A DNA stretch of 64,000 nt from an uncultured Armatimonadetes bacterium (GTDB lineage Bacteria > Armatimonadota > UBA5829 > DTJY01), in the NCBI GenBank assembly GCA_963717145.1, contig OY970325.1, positions 4,067,248-4,131,247 of the forward strand, in the 5' to 3' direction. The number at the start of each line of letters is the position of its first letter. The first letter of the stretch is position 1. The notes beneath the pieces are model-generated. The model did no database searches and was not told the DNA's origin. It saw nothing but the letters and a program-made list of their open reading frames with translations. A program made the translations under genes and the position numbers. Shown piece after piece: positions 28,817-39,809 of the stretch.

Positions 28817-29560
28817 GTGATGATCAATCACCGATTACGGATTACCAATCGGAAAAGATTCGCCATCGCGCTGACGATCGTGGTCGGCGCGGTCGGCATG
28901 CTGGTCTACGGCATCTCCCAGGGAGACAGCAGACTCATAACTCCGGTCTATGCCGCGGCCAATGCAACTGCCCAGGAGACCACCATAGGCGGCCGGCAGG
29001 TGGGTGAGGTTATGGTGGACGGCAAGGCGGTGCTTCGGATCCGTTCGGCTGCCGGCGGGCTTTCGGCGTTCAAGCGGAGTCAGGTCGTGGCAGACAGGCT
29101 CAATCAGCTCATGGGCGACTCGATTCAGCCCGAGGACATCACCACGGGGATCGTGAACGGCCAGGAAGTCGTGCTTGCGGGCGGACAGATACTGGTTACA
29201 GCCGATACGACTCATGCCAAGCTGAACGGGACGACCCCGAGTATACTCGCCAATCAGTGGGCAACCAACCTGCGCACGTCATTCAGCGGAGGGGCAATGG
29301 CTGTTACCGCCGCCGAACCGACGTCTGAGAAGATCGTTCCGATCATCAGCCTGGGACAGGGTACCAAGATCGGCGGCGCGCAGGTCACCGGCCCGAGAAG
29401 CCGCGTGAGAGAAGTGGTGGCCGTTGCACAGGTCGAAGGGACTTTCTCGAGCGTAGCGAGGGTGAGGATTCTCGTTCCGGTCTCGACCGAAAACATCGTC
29501 CAGAAGATCACACGCGTCCCGCAGACGAGCGTGACGGCGCTGGTGGACATCAAGCTCTAG
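28817..29560 (+). CDS. membrane-anchored or secreted hypothetical protein, paralog B
   Basis: KIVPIISLGQGTKIGGAQVTG...ALVDIKL aligns with KVVPIVSVGQGFFVGAAQVVG...ALVDFKI of paralog A. Confidence 0.5.
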   Translation: MMINHRLRITNRKRFAIALTIVVGAVGMLVYGISQGDSRLITPVYAAANATAQETTIGGRQVGEVMVDGKAVLRIRSAAGGLSAFKRSQVVADRLNQLMGDSIQPEDITTGIVNGQEVVLAGGQILVTADTTHAKLNGTTPSILANQWATNLRTSFSGGAMAVTAAEPTSEKIVPIISLGQGTKIGGAQVTGPRSRVREVVAVAQVEGTFSSVARVRILVPVSTENIVQKITRVPQTSVTALVDIKL

Positions 29561-29640
29561 CAGACCGAGGTGTTGGGTGTTGGGTGTTAGTCGTCGGGTC
29601 CGGATCCCCAACACCCAACACCTACAACCCAACACCGTCC

Positions 29641-30735
29641 TTACGGCTTTCCCTTGAGCAACCCGGCGAAGTAATCCCACACCGGGGGCTTCGTGCCGTC
29701 CGGGCGGATCAGCCAGAACCCCCGGCAGTCGGCGTTCGTCGGCCGGCCCTCATACTCGTGTGAGGGCTCGTTGCAGTACAACTCCCAGTAGACGACCCAG
29801 CGCGCACCCCAATCGAGGGCGACCTCCGTGGCGCTCTTGATGAACGCCAACTGCTTCTCGGGCCCGCCGACGTTGTTCTCCGGAGCGCCGTATTCGCCGA
29901 CGTAGACGTTGTCGCTGCCGTAGAGCTTGCTGTCCGGCATCTGCTTCTTCAGATAGTCGAGCGCCTTCCGAAACTTCTCCGGATCCCGCTGAGTGTCCCA
30001 CGCGGAATACGAGGCGAGATCGCAGTGCGTCTTCGGGAGGACGTTGTTCGCCACCGTTGTCTTGCCCTCCATCGCGAGCCCCATGAGGTTGACCTCGGCG
30101 GCGTGAGCGACCGTGACCCCGTGCATGCCGACCTCGCGCCGGGCCTTGTCGACGCCATCCTGGCGGGCGTTCAGCCAGTCGATCATACCCTGGACGGCCT
30201 CAGGGTCGGGCTCCTTCTCGACCTTGACGTCCTTGAGCACCCAGTCGCCCTCCCAGTTCTGCAGGATGAAGGTCTTGCCCGTGCCCTTATAGGTCGTCAG
30301 CAGGTACTTGGTCAGTTCGTAGAACTGCTGTTTCTCGTCAGACGCCATCTCGGGAGTCATGCCGCCTTTCTTGAACTCATGCCATTCGTGTCCCGGTGCA
30401 AATGCCTCCAGGATGTACGTCGTGAACGGTTTGTCGAAGACCTTGCGGAAGTACGGAGTCTTCGCGACATCCACGAGCCGCTCGATCTTCGGCCAGTCGG
30501 AGTTGAAGGGGTACGACTTCGCGGGCGAAGGGGTAAACCAGAGCTTGATGACCCGCGTCCCGAGTGCGAGCAGCTTGTCCGCGCCCTCGTTGAGGAAATC
30601 CTTGTCGGTGAGGTTGTACTTCCCTGCGACGTGCGCGCTCCCGACGATGTCGCGCAGGTTCCTATCCTGTGAATCAGCGCCCAATGCCCCGCCTCCTATC
30701 GTGATGATCAGCAGTGCCAGAAATGCTGGTTTCAT
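29641..30735 (-). CDS. secreted TIM-barrel glycoside hydrolase-like protein
   Basis: Signal peptide at the internal start MKPAFLALLIITIGG; GH-like motifs (NWEGDW, VGEYGAPE); family uncertain. Confidence 0.5.
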   Translation of the reverse strand: MKPAFLALLIITIGGGALGADSQDRNLRDIVGSAHVAGKYNLTDKDFLNEGADKLLALGTRVIKLWFTPSPAKSYPFNSDWPKIERLVDVAKTPYFRKVFDKPFTTYILEAFAPGHEWHEFKKGGMTPEMASDEKQQFYELTKYLLTTYKGTGKTFILQNWEGDWVLKDVKVEKEPDPEAVQGMIDWLNARQDGVDKARREVGMHGVTVAHAAEVNLMGLAMEGKTTVANNVLPKTHCDLASYSAWDTQRDPEKFRKALDYLKKQMPDSKLYGSDNVYVGEYGAPENNVGGPEKQLAFIKSATEVALDWGARWVVYWELYCNEPSHEYEGRPTNADCRGFWLIRPDGTKPPVWDYFAGLLKGKP

Positions 30736-30824
30736 GCCATCAGTATAGGATGTGGTCGGGACGAGGTCAAGCGGAACCTTCGGAGTGCGGTGGCTTGACA
30801 CCGCCTTGACGGTTTGACGTGGCC

Positions 30825-32363
30825 CTAGAGCGGTGTCAAGCCACCGCACTCCGAAGCGAGAAAGTCCGAGTCGAGGGTGTAGACGCCTGTGACGGAGACG
30901 ATGCTGTCGAGCTGTACCGCGCCGGCCCAGCGGACGGGGACGCCGGTCTCACCATCCGAGAGCCGGAAGCCGCCTGGGAGGATCTCGGTCACACGGCCCC
31001 ACGTCTTCGTCCGGAGGCCGATCATCCTGTTCACTCTCGTGAGCGTCGAGCCGAGCGGCTCAGGGATGTGCCTCCCCGCGGCATGGAGTGTGCTTGCTGA
31101 GGCCGAAAGGATCTTCGCGCCGCCTGGATTCGTGCTCACAGTACCGGTCACGCTCGCCAGGAGATCGCCGACGTTGTATCCGTTCAGCCCCTGGACCGCG
31201 ATCGCCGCCGAGCGGTCGGGCGATTGCAGATAGGTCGTGACGCCGTCGCTGCAGCTAACGACCAGCCGGTTGATCCTGGCCGCGGTTCCATCCGGCAGGA
31301 GCTTCGCGATCCCGATCCGATTGAGGTTGTACGGCGAATCGAGCGGATAGCATCCGACCCCGGCGCACGGCGAATCGAACCGCAGCCGGAACTCATCGCG
31401 GTCGGGCATAAGGAAACGCGGATCGGCGGAGAAGTTGCCCCAGGCCGGCGCCGCCGGTTTGATCATTCCACCGAGATCGCCGCCCACGTTCCCATACAGG
31501 TCGCAGTGGCTGTATGTCAGTGCGGAGGACGTACTCCCGCCGAAGAGACCTCCTCCGACCGGCGCGGAGTTGAACGCTATGATGCAGTAGTTCAGGATCA
31601 TCGGCGAGCCGTAGTAGTCATAGCCGCCGCCGCCACTGACCTCGGCGCTGTTGTAGGCGATCGTGCAGTTCTCGAAATCAGGGCCGGCATGATAGGGTCC
31701 GAATACGCCGCCGCCGCTCCCTGTGGCATGATTGCGGACGATGAGGCAGTTTCGAACGACGGGATAGGAGTGGTACTCGACGTATATGCCCCCGCCGCTC
31801 ACGGCCTTGTTGTGGATCATCTCGCAGTTGATGATGTCGCCGTAGGAGTACTTGCCCATGTAGATTCCGCCGCCCCGATTGGTCGCGCGGCAGTTCTCGA
31901 ACCGGCAGTTGATGATGGTCGCGGTGGTCGTGATCTGGCAGCGAATGCCCCCGCCGTCGTCCGCCTTGCCGTTCCTGATGGTGATACCTTCGATGGTCAC
32001 GGAGACTTGTGTTGGGACGTCGATACCTCGTCCCGCACCGCCCGGATCGATGATCGTCGGGAACGCCCCGCCCAGACGCTGGCTCAGCGAGGTCTCGTAG
32101 CCGAGGAACCCGCCGTACAGCTTGCTGTACTGGGTCATGGTGACCGATTCCCGGTAGGTCCCGGCTGCGATCCAGTAATCCGAGCCGGTGCCTGTCGCGC
32201 TGATGGCCTGCCCGATTCCTGTGTACGCGGTCGCCCACGAGGTCCCATTATGTATGGGACCAGGCGCATCGGCATCGACGTAGACGACCGTCGCCCCATG
32301 AGCGGCTGAGATGCCCAACAGGCAGAGGAGAAGTGCTATGGTTATCCGTTTGGACATGGACAT
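30825..32363 (-). CDS. secreted right-handed parallel beta-helix repeat protein
   Basis: Signal peptide; repeated GGGI/NC...N rungs typical of the pectate-lyase fold. Confidence 0.6.
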   Translation of the reverse strand: MSMSKRITIALLLCLLGISAAHGATVVYVDADAPGPIHNGTSWATAYTGIGQAISATGTGSDYWIAAGTYRESVTMTQYSKLYGGFLGYETSLSQRLGGAFPTIIDPGGAGRGIDVPTQVSVTIEGITIRNGKADDGGGIRCQITTTATIINCRFENCRATNRGGGIYMGKYSYGDIINCEMIHNKAVSGGGIYVEYHSYPVVRNCLIVRNHATGSGGGVFGPYHAGPDFENCTIAYNSAEVSGGGGYDYYGSPMILNYCIIAFNSAPVGGGLFGGSTSSALTYSHCDLYGNVGGDLGGMIKPAAPAWGNFSADPRFLMPDRDEFRLRFDSPCAGVGCYPLDSPYNLNRIGIAKLLPDGTAARINRLVVSCSDGVTTYLQSPDRSAAIAVQGLNGYNVGDLLASVTGTVSTNPGGAKILSASASTLHAAGRHIPEPLGSTLTRVNRMIGLRTKTWGRVTEILPGGFRLSDGETGVPVRWAGAVQLDSIVSVTGVYTLDSDFLASECGGLTPL

Positions 32364-32462
32364 GCTTTCTAAGCAAGCGGTTGACGTGTTTCCGCCAACA
32401 TAGTATATCCAAAATTGCGAATATCTAACCATCGGGGGCCGGGAATGGGATGTCAGCCGATC

Positions 32463-33044
32463 CTATTGCTGCTTGCCCTCAATGGAGGCAAGGAGAATCG
32501 CGGCGGCCAAGCCCATGCGTCGGTCGAGTGTCTTGTTCCAGTCCGGCGAGAAGTCCAGGCCGATCTTCGTGACGAACGGGTTGAAGTGGTGCTTGAACTT
32601 GAAGACCTCGGTGCCGCCGACGGTCCCATGGAACGACTGGGGAATGAGATTGGTGGCGAACCGCCTGAGGAGTGCGAGCGCCCAGCTATCCTCCTCGATG
32701 ATGCCGATCTCGTTGTCCTCGACATCCATGATGACCCACTCGTCCTTCAACAGCGACTTCACGCCTCTCCGCTTCAACGCGCCGATCTTTTGGTCCGAGG
32801 CGGAATCGATGACGTCGTAGGCCGACGAGAAGTCGATGATGTTCCTGGCCTTGATGCGGAACAGCTCGGACGACTTGCTCTCGTCGGGATGGATGGTGAT
32901 GTCTTCCTTCAGCTTGAAGGCCTTCATGCTCGCGAAAAGCGCCAGGCTGCCCGTGGAATCGTATATCCGGAACGATCCGCCGAATAACTTGAGGACCTGT
33001 TTGCGCAGTAGATAAGTGGAATGCTCGAACGGATTTGTGCCCAA
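32463..33044 (-). CDS. hypothetical protein (possibly LURP-one-related/tubby-like fold)
   Basis: 193-aa intact ORF; weak resemblance only. Confidence 0.3.
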   Translation of the reverse strand: MGTNPFEHSTYLLRKQVLKLFGGSFRIYDSTGSLALFASMKAFKLKEDITIHPDESKSSELFRIKARNIIDFSSAYDVIDSASDQKIGALKRRGVKSLLKDEWVIMDVEDNEIGIIEEDSWALALLRRFATNLIPQSFHGTVGGTEVFKFKHHFNPFVTKIGLDFSPDWNKTLDRRMGLAAAILLASIEGKQQ

Positions 33045-33178
33045 AGTCTACCTCCTCCAAAGGCTGGTTCATGCTAGTTCTTCCACTTTCACCTCGGATA
33101 TCCTGCATATGAAAAGGCGGTGGCTCTGATCGAACCACCGCCGATATCTGGGTCTTTTGTGTTTGAACGAACGGCTTG

Positions 33179-33835
33179 CTAGCCGTTTCTACGTCTCAGC
33201 ACGAATCCCGCGAGTCCGGTGATGCCGGACACCAGGGCGAGCAAGCTGCTCGGCTCGGGGACGACTTCGATGTAGGAAGTCGAGCCGGCCGGGCCTTCGA
33301 CCGCTCCAACGTTTCCACCGTTCATGTTCCATACTACGTTGAAGATCAGGCCGACGTTATTCCAGCCTGCATCGATGCCGGACTGGAGATATGAAGTCAC
33401 GTCGTGTCTCTGCCAGCCTTCGCCGACGCCATTGAGAAAGGCTATCTCGGATCCGCCGGCTTGGCTGAATCCTGCTGCTACCGCCGAGCCGGGATCTCCG
33501 CCATAGAACTGGAGCGAGGTCCCGTTGATCCCGTAGGAATAGAAGTTGAAAGAAGCGCTGTTCGGACTTAGTGTCTTGCCTGCCAGGGAGGAGATGTTGA
33601 CGATCACCATTCCTCTCCCTGATTCTCTGTTCTCGCCGTTATGCCAGAACGAGACGTTGGTACCGCCGGTGTCCGCCCAGGAGCCATACCACCCGTACCA
33701 ACTGCGGCCGGCATACCCGTCACCCTCGCCGGTTGGATAGAGCCTCAGCGGCACCGGGCTGGCGAATGCCGAGGTGGCGCAGAGCACAAGAGCCATTGCG
33801 ATCAGGATGATAGCAAACTTCCGAGTTTTCTTCAT
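33179..33835 (-). CDS. PEP-CTERM sorting-domain protein
   Basis: Signal peptide; C-terminal VPEPSSLLALVSGITGLAGFVLRRR (PEP motif, TM helix, basic tail). Confidence 0.75.
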   Translation of the reverse strand: MKKTRKFAIILIAMALVLCATSAFASPVPLRLYPTGEGDGYAGRSWYGWYGSWADTGGTNVSFWHNGENRESGRGMVIVNISSLAGKTLSPNSASFNFYSYGINGTSLQFYGGDPGSAVAAGFSQAGGSEIAFLNGVGEGWQRHDVTSYLQSGIDAGWNNVGLIFNVVWNMNGGNVGAVEGPAGSTSYIEVVPEPSSLLALVSGITGLAGFVLRRRNG

Positions 33836-34051
33836 GTACAGACCATCCTTTCCATGTTTGGAGGACGCAAGACACGAGGCGTCCGAAAACAAACCCTGCA
33901 ATATCCATGCCAAACAAGCGATTAATTGAAGATCTGGTAATTCACACAGGTAGGCATGAGCTGTGCCATATCGGGGTACATACGGTGTGCCGGTCGCCAT
34001 TTCGCATACCTATCGCATGTTCTGAGGCTTACTGAGTTGACCGATTTCTTG

Positions 34052-34849
34052 ATGGGACTTAATCCGGTCGTGCAGGCGCTGCTTGCGACGACATTCACAT
34101 GGGGAGTCACCGCCATTGGCGCGACCGGCGTCTTTTTCATGAAGGAGATCAACCATCGGCTGCTCGATGCCATGCTCGGGTTCGCGGCCGGGGTGATGAT
34201 CGCCGCCAGCTACTGGTCGCTGCTTGCCCCATCGATCGCCCTCTCAGACGAACTCGGATTCATAAAGTGGGTGCCGCCCGCTATCGGATTCCTCGCAGGT
34301 GGAGGTTTCCTCGCGCTCCTGGACAGGCTGTTGCCGCACGTCCATCCCGAGGATCCGGAGGAGCCGGCGGAGGGCCTGAGATCCACGTGGAGACGCAGCC
34401 TGCTCCTGATCCTCGCTGTCACCATCCACAATATCCCGGAGGGCATGGCGGTCGGGGTCGCATTTGGGGCGGCGGCCGCGGGTCTCGGGGGAGCGACCAT
34501 CGGTGGGGCGATCGCTCTGGCGATCGGCATCGGCCTGCAGAACTTCCCTGAGGGCCTGATCATCTCTATGCCGCTTCGGAGGGAGGGGTTCTCCCGCCTC
34601 AAGAGCTTCTGGTACGGCCAGCTCTCCGCCATCGTCGAGCCGATGGCGGGTGTGATCGGCGCCGTAGGGGTGCTCTACGCTCGATGGATGCTTCCATTTG
34701 CGCTGGCGTTCGCTGCCGGAGCGATGATCTTCGTGGTGGTCGAGGAGTTGATCCCCGAGGCACAGTCGAGCCACAATGCCGACGTCGCCTCCATCGGAAC
34801 GATGGTGGGCTTCACGGTGATGATGGTCCTCGATGTAGCGTTTGCCTAA
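34052..34849 (+). CDS. ZIP-family metal (zinc) transporter
   Basis: HNIPEGMAVG and QNFPEGL motifs; multiple TM helices. Confidence 0.85.
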   Translation: MGLNPVVQALLATTFTWGVTAIGATGVFFMKEINHRLLDAMLGFAAGVMIAASYWSLLAPSIALSDELGFIKWVPPAIGFLAGGGFLALLDRLLPHVHPEDPEEPAEGLRSTWRRSLLLILAVTIHNIPEGMAVGVAFGAAAAGLGGATIGGAIALAIGIGLQNFPEGLIISMPLRREGFSRLKSFWYGQLSAIVEPMAGVIGAVGVLYARWMLPFALAFAAGAMIFVVVEELIPEAQSSHNADVASIGTMVGFTVMMVLDVAFA

Positions 34850-34851
34850 GA

Positions 34852-35075
34852 CGGTGCATTCGAGTTGAGTGGGCGGCGATCCGACCGTCTCTCGTTATGG
34901 TTTCGGGGCCTCCAGAGACGCGGAGGCCGTCCGCAGACGGACGCAGAGAGAAACCTACTCGAGACTAGACGGGGCTGGGGACTGGGGAGTCCGGCAGACC
35001 ACCCAACCGTTCTCCTCGAGTAGCCACTCTGGTGGCATAACGAGAGGCTGCACCCACTCTGCGGAAATGCACCCC
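34852..35075. mobile_element. MITE copy 2 (ISKra4-like derived)
   Basis: GGTGCATTCGAGTTGAGTGGG matches 20/21 to the reverse complement of the IS right end; right terminus CCCACTCTGCGGAAATGCACC. Confidence 0.65.
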
Positions 35076-35122
35076 CTACGTCCATTGACGCATCGAGGCC
35101 CTTCGCGTACAATGCCGCTGGA

Positions 35123-36581
35123 GGACCCACCGATGCGTTTTCTATTCTTCGCACTGCTTGCTCTCATCACCATGATCCCCGCGAGCCTGTATGCCGAGGA
35201 CCTGATCGCCGGGAATCCGCCGTTCCGACGGCTCTTCCTCGATGCGATGGTGACCGAGGAGTCTCAGGGCCTCACGCGCGTATTCCACTCCGCCGAGAAG
35301 CACCCCGGCAATCCCGTCATGCGTACCACCGAGGCGTGGGAAGGCTGGGGGCCGTATCTCTACGGCACAGTGCTGCGGGACGAGGGGCGGCTCAAGATGT
35401 GGTACTCCTGCATCGGCTCAGACAGCGGGTATACGTGCTACGCCGAGTCCACGGATGGCATCACCTGGACCAAGCCGAAACTCGGGATCGTCGACTTCAA
35501 GGGATCGACCGCGAACAACATCGTCGGCACAATGGGCCTCCCGAGCGTGATGAAGCTCGGAGACAAGCGATGGGCGATGTACTCCTGGGGCGGCGACTCG
35601 GGTGCGCAGGTCATGTTTTCCGAAGACGGTCTGCGCTGGACTCAGGGCAAGACGAAGCTCTTCCCGACCTCCGACGTCGTCAACTTCTTCTACGACCCGT
35701 ATCGGGAGCGCCATGTCTCGACCTACAAGGTCGCGAACCGCCGGCACAGGGCGACCGGCCTCGCGGTCTCCAGCGATGGATTGGAGTGGAGCAAGCCGGT
35801 CGAGGGGCCGGTCTTCGGCGCGGATGACCTCGACCCGGACGCCTCCCAGGTCTACGGCATGCCGGTGTTCCCGTACCAGGGCATGTATGTCGGCCTGCCC
35901 TGGATCTATCACGCGCGATGGATGAAGTATGGCGACTATGACTCGCCGAAGAAGATGTACGAGGCACAGGAAGGGAGTCCGTGCACCGTAGATGTCCAGA
36001 TGACGTGGGGCTGGAACCTCATCCAGTGGAATCGAACGCCCGACCGGAAGCCGTTCATCGCCCTCGGGCCGGACGGAAGCTGGGACGACGGCATGATCTA
36101 CACCGCCCGCGCGCCGGTCGTCATGGGCGACAAGCTCGGGTTCTACTACGGCGGATTCGATCAGGTCCACGATGACTACAAGGATGTCCACGGCGCGATC
36201 GGGCTGGCGACCCTCCGGCTCGATGGATTCTGCTCCATGCGCGCCGGGGTCAAGGAGGGATGGCTGATCAGCCGGCGGGAGGTCTTCCGTACCCCCAGAG
36301 TCACGATCAACGCGAAGACCGCCCCGACCGGCTTCGTCGCGGCCGAGCTGCTCGATCGGAACAACAACGTCATCCCCGGCTTTTCACGAGCCGACTGCAT
36401 CCCATTCACGGGCGACTCGGTCCGAGGCACGATCGAATGGAAGACAGAATCGTTCCCGAAGAAGCTGATCGACGCCGACAAGAAGGTCCGCTTCTTCGTC
36501 AAGAACGCCGATCTCTATTCCTACCTCCCGGCGGACATCGACATGGCGAAGGACGACGGTCGAATCTGGATGGACAAGTGA
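35123..36581 (+). CDS. secreted beta-propeller glycoside-hydrolase-like protein (GH43/GH32/GH130-like)
   Basis: Signal peptide MRFLFFALLALITMIPASLYA; TACAAT -10 and GGAGGA SD upstream. Confidence 0.5.
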
Positions 36582-36668
36582 GCGGACACAACGTGTAGCC
36601 TAGGGCTTTATGCCCGTCGAGGATGCCCACAAGGGGTAGGCTACGAGTATCGCCGAGGAAGGTGAAAG

Positions 36669-38249
36669 ATGACGGAACCGGTAAGCAGAAGAGGATTCCT
36701 GAAAGGTTCGCTCGCGGGAAGTGCAATCGTGGGCATGGGCGGCATATCCGCATTCGGCGCACCGATTGAAAATGGAGGCACGAGCATGGCATCTAGGTAT
36801 GACAGCCAGACACCAAAGGGCGAGATCTCGCACAGGTTGCTCTTCTTCGAGGCGCCGAACGAGGCATACGGCATCCACCATGCCTATGCGCCGGTGACGA
36901 AGGTCGAGTGCCGCGTGGACGACGGCGGGCTCGGCTGGTCGTGCATCGACTTCGGCGATCCGATCGAGATCGGCGGCACGTACCGATGTTATGGGACCGT
37001 GCGGACTCCCGACGAGAAGTTCATGGGCATCGCCCTGTGGGAATCCAATGATGCGCTCGAGTGGACGCCGGTCACCCTCGGCCAGGTCAAGCGGGACGGC
37101 AAGGAAACGAACCTCATCGAGTTCGAGAACCTGCCCGGCGACCAGACCGCGGTGTCGCTCCCGAACGTCATCCGGCTGAACGATGGCCGCATGCGGATGT
37201 ACTTCTGGAAGCACCGCGACGGTCATCTGCGCTACCTGATCGCCGAGAGCGAAGACGGCCGCCGCTGGCGGGTCCTCGATGTCGACAAGCCGGCGCTGTT
37301 CCATCCCCATGACGGCGGCCTGTGGAAGCTTGCGGAGGGCCTCTCAAGACACGAAGCGCCTGAGATCAAGCTCACGCCGGAGGAATTCCTGAGACGCAAG
37401 CGGCTCTGGAGCAACGACTCGACGCATATCCACTACAATCCGCAGCTCGACCGCTTCGAATGCTACTCGGTCTGGCTCCATCCCGCGATCCCCGACCGGC
37501 GGGTCGATGTCGACAACGCACCCGGCATCCACCGCCTCATCCATCGCCGATTCAGCGCGGACGGCCTCGAATGGAGCGACGCCGAATTGATCATCATGCC
37601 GGACGACGGAGATCCGTGGGACCTGCAGTTCTACTTCCTGAGCGTCCATCGCCAGGCGGACTGGATGATCGGTCGGGTGGGATACTACCGCGTGGCCGAT
37701 GGGATGCAGACGACGGACACCGACCTCTGCTTCTCCCGCGACGGCCGAAACTGGGAGCGTCCCGTGCGCGGTGGGTGGATTCCCCGCTCGAATGAGGGCC
37801 TCGATACGATGGGCATCTACGCAGCCGGCGCATTGGTCGATCGCGGCGACCGATGGCTCACCCTCTACAGCGGGACACCCGTGCCGCACAACAACGGCAG
37901 GTATCGATCGGGCGTGATGGGAGCCACGTTTGCGAAGAACCGATTCGTCGGACTGGAAGCCGATCGCACGCGGGGCGGGTTCATGACGGAGCCGTTCTTC
38001 CCGGCGGGAGAGACAATCCGCCTGGACGCGGACATCCGGGGCTCTCTGAGGGCTGAGTTGTGTGATGCGTTCGGCCGCAAGCTCGAAGGGTTCCATCTCA
38101 TGGATTCGACGCCGATCCAGGGCGACTCCGAGGCCCACATCCTCCGATGGAAGGAAGCATCGACCGCCGACCACCGCTTCGAGTGCTTGCGCCTCCGGTT
38201 CGAGTACACCGACGGCGTCGTCTACGGCGTGGACTTCTCGGCGGGATGA
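36669..38249 (+). CDS. Tat-secreted beta-propeller glycoside-hydrolase-like protein
   Basis: SRRGFLKGSLAGSAIVG twin-arginine signal; distantly similar to the preceding gene product. Confidence 0.5.
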   Translation: MTEPVSRRGFLKGSLAGSAIVGMGGISAFGAPIENGGTSMASRYDSQTPKGEISHRLLFFEAPNEAYGIHHAYAPVTKVECRVDDGGLGWSCIDFGDPIEIGGTYRCYGTVRTPDEKFMGIALWESNDALEWTPVTLGQVKRDGKETNLIEFENLPGDQTAVSLPNVIRLNDGRMRMYFWKHRDGHLRYLIAESEDGRRWRVLDVDKPALFHPHDGGLWKLAEGLSRHEAPEIKLTPEEFLRRKRLWSNDSTHIHYNPQLDRFECYSVWLHPAIPDRRVDVDNAPGIHRLIHRRFSADGLEWSDAELIIMPDDGDPWDLQFYFLSVHRQADWMIGRVGYYRVADGMQTTDTDLCFSRDGRNWERPVRGGWIPRSNEGLDTMGIYAAGALVDRGDRWLTLYSGTPVPHNNGRYRSGVMGATFAKNRFVGLEADRTRGGFMTEPFFPAGETIRLDADIRGSLRAELCDAFGRKLEGFHLMDSTPIQGDSEAHILRWKEASTADHRFECLRLRFEYTDGVVYGVDFSAG

Positions 38250-38686
38250 GCGCCGCCCCTGGGCATCCGATGGAGGCCATGGCAGTCGGTGCACACGGCG
38301 TTGGAGAGAATCAGCCGCCCGTGGGGTCGGCGTTTGCCCTTCCATTCGGCCAGGAACTTGGCGACGGCATCCGGCTTCTTGTGCGCCACATGGCACTTCT
38401 TGCAGAACGGCTCCACCTCCGCTCGCCCAAAGAGGACATCCGGCTTGGCGGCGGCTTCCTCGTCATTCATGTGCTCGTAGGAGACGCCGTGACAATGCGC
38501 GCACGTCGTGCCCCGCTTGAGGTGGGTTGCGGCGATCTGCTCGCTCTCGAAGTTGATGTGGCAGACCAGGCACCCGCTGTTGTCCTTCGGCATCTTCGGC
38601 GCGCCACTGTTAACCACAGCCGCGAGGATCGGCACTGAGACTCCCAGCGCGATCAGTAGCATACCGGCCAGCTTGCTTCGATTCAT
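38222..38686 (-). CDS. tetrahaem c-type cytochrome
   Basis: Four CxxCH motifs (CLVCH, CAHCH, CKKCH, CTDCH) and a signal peptide. Confidence 0.8.
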   Translation of the reverse strand: MNRSKLAGMLLIALGVSVPILAAVVNSGAPKMPKDNSGCLVCHINFESEQIAATHLKRGTTCAHCHGVSYEHMNDEEAAAKPDVLFGRAEVEPFCKKCHVAHKKPDAVAKFLAEWKGKRRPHGRLILSNAVCTDCHGLHRMPRGGAHPAEKSTP

Positions 38687-39750
38687 ACCAACTCCCATTC
38701 CCTCAGCCAATGGTAATCCGGCGGCAACTCCGCGAGCATTTCCTTCGCGGCTTCATCGAGCCGGGCCGTCTCCTTGAGATCGAGTTCACGGCGCTCCCGT
38801 ATGGCGCGGACCGCGTTGTCCACCTGGTGAATGCTGATCAGGCCCGGCATCGGGGCGGTGATCGCGTCGTTGCTGAGGATGTATCGAAGTGCCAGCCGAG
38901 CCAGCTCATCATCACCCGCCGTGCTCGCACCTCCCGCACCCGCGCCGTCCTTGAAGAGCGATCCGCTGGAGAACGGCTTGATGCCCAGGATTCCGACCTT
39001 GTGCTTCCTGGCGGCATCGAAGAGACTGTCGGTCGGCTTCTCCCTGCTGGCGGCGGTGTACGGCGTGAGGACGACGCTGAACCGGCGGTACCGCTCGATC
39101 ACGTGCTTGAGCCATTCCCTGCTGTGGGATGAGACGCCGAGGAACCGCGCCTTGCCCTGGACGTGCGCCCTGTTGAACGCCTCGACCATCTCCGCAATCT
39201 CGCGATCGGTGTTCTCTCCCTGCATGGCGGCGCTGATCCTCCACACATCCACGTATTCGAGCCCGGACTCCTTGAGCCCCTGGTCGAGCCCCTGGAGGAG
39301 CTTGTCTGCCGTGCGCCATTCCTCGAAGCGGGGTTCGCGCTCGTACCAGGAGTAGCCGAAGTACATCTTGTCCCGCCGTCCCTTGAGCGCCTTCGCGTAG
39401 GTGAGGATCTCGCCGCCCGAGCATGCGTCCACATAGTTGATGCCGACGTCGATGCAGCGGCTGACTATGTCGTATCGGTTCTTGTCCAGTTCCTCGATGC
39501 CCGAGTTGTCGCGGTCCCAGCCCGAGCCGGCGATCAGGCGCTTCCAGTGGCCTCCGAGCGCGATCGCGGAGATCATCAGCCCGGTCCTACCGAGGGGCCG
39601 ATACTCCATGTTCTCATTGTAGTTGAGCGGCTTGGGCTTCTCGGCAGCCCCGTATGCCGTGCTGACTCCGGCCGCCACTCCTGCTGCGGTGAGAGTCGCA
39701 TTGCGGATGAATTCGCGACGTGTGATGCGCTTGCCGTTCATAGACCACAC
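38683..39750 (-). CDS. Tat-exported aldo/keto reductase
   Basis: RREFIRNATLTAAGVAAG Tat signal followed by an AKR fold. Confidence 0.8.
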   Translation of the reverse strand: MWSMNGKRITRREFIRNATLTAAGVAAGVSTAYGAAEKPKPLNYNENMEYRPLGRTGLMISAIALGGHWKRLIAGSGWDRDNSGIEELDKNRYDIVSRCIDVGINYVDACSGGEILTYAKALKGRRDKMYFGYSWYEREPRFEEWRTADKLLQGLDQGLKESGLEYVDVWRISAAMQGENTDREIAEMVEAFNRAHVQGKARFLGVSSHSREWLKHVIERYRRFSVVLTPYTAASREKPTDSLFDAARKHKVGILGIKPFSSGSLFKDGAGAGGASTAGDDELARLALRYILSNDAITAPMPGLISIHQVDNAVRAIRERRELDLKETARLDEAAKEMLAELPPDYHWLREWELV

Positions 39751-39809
39751 CTTCCTGTCCTCGGTGACCTACTTCTATCTACCACGAGACTGCGCCAGAG
39801 TCCTGCAGG

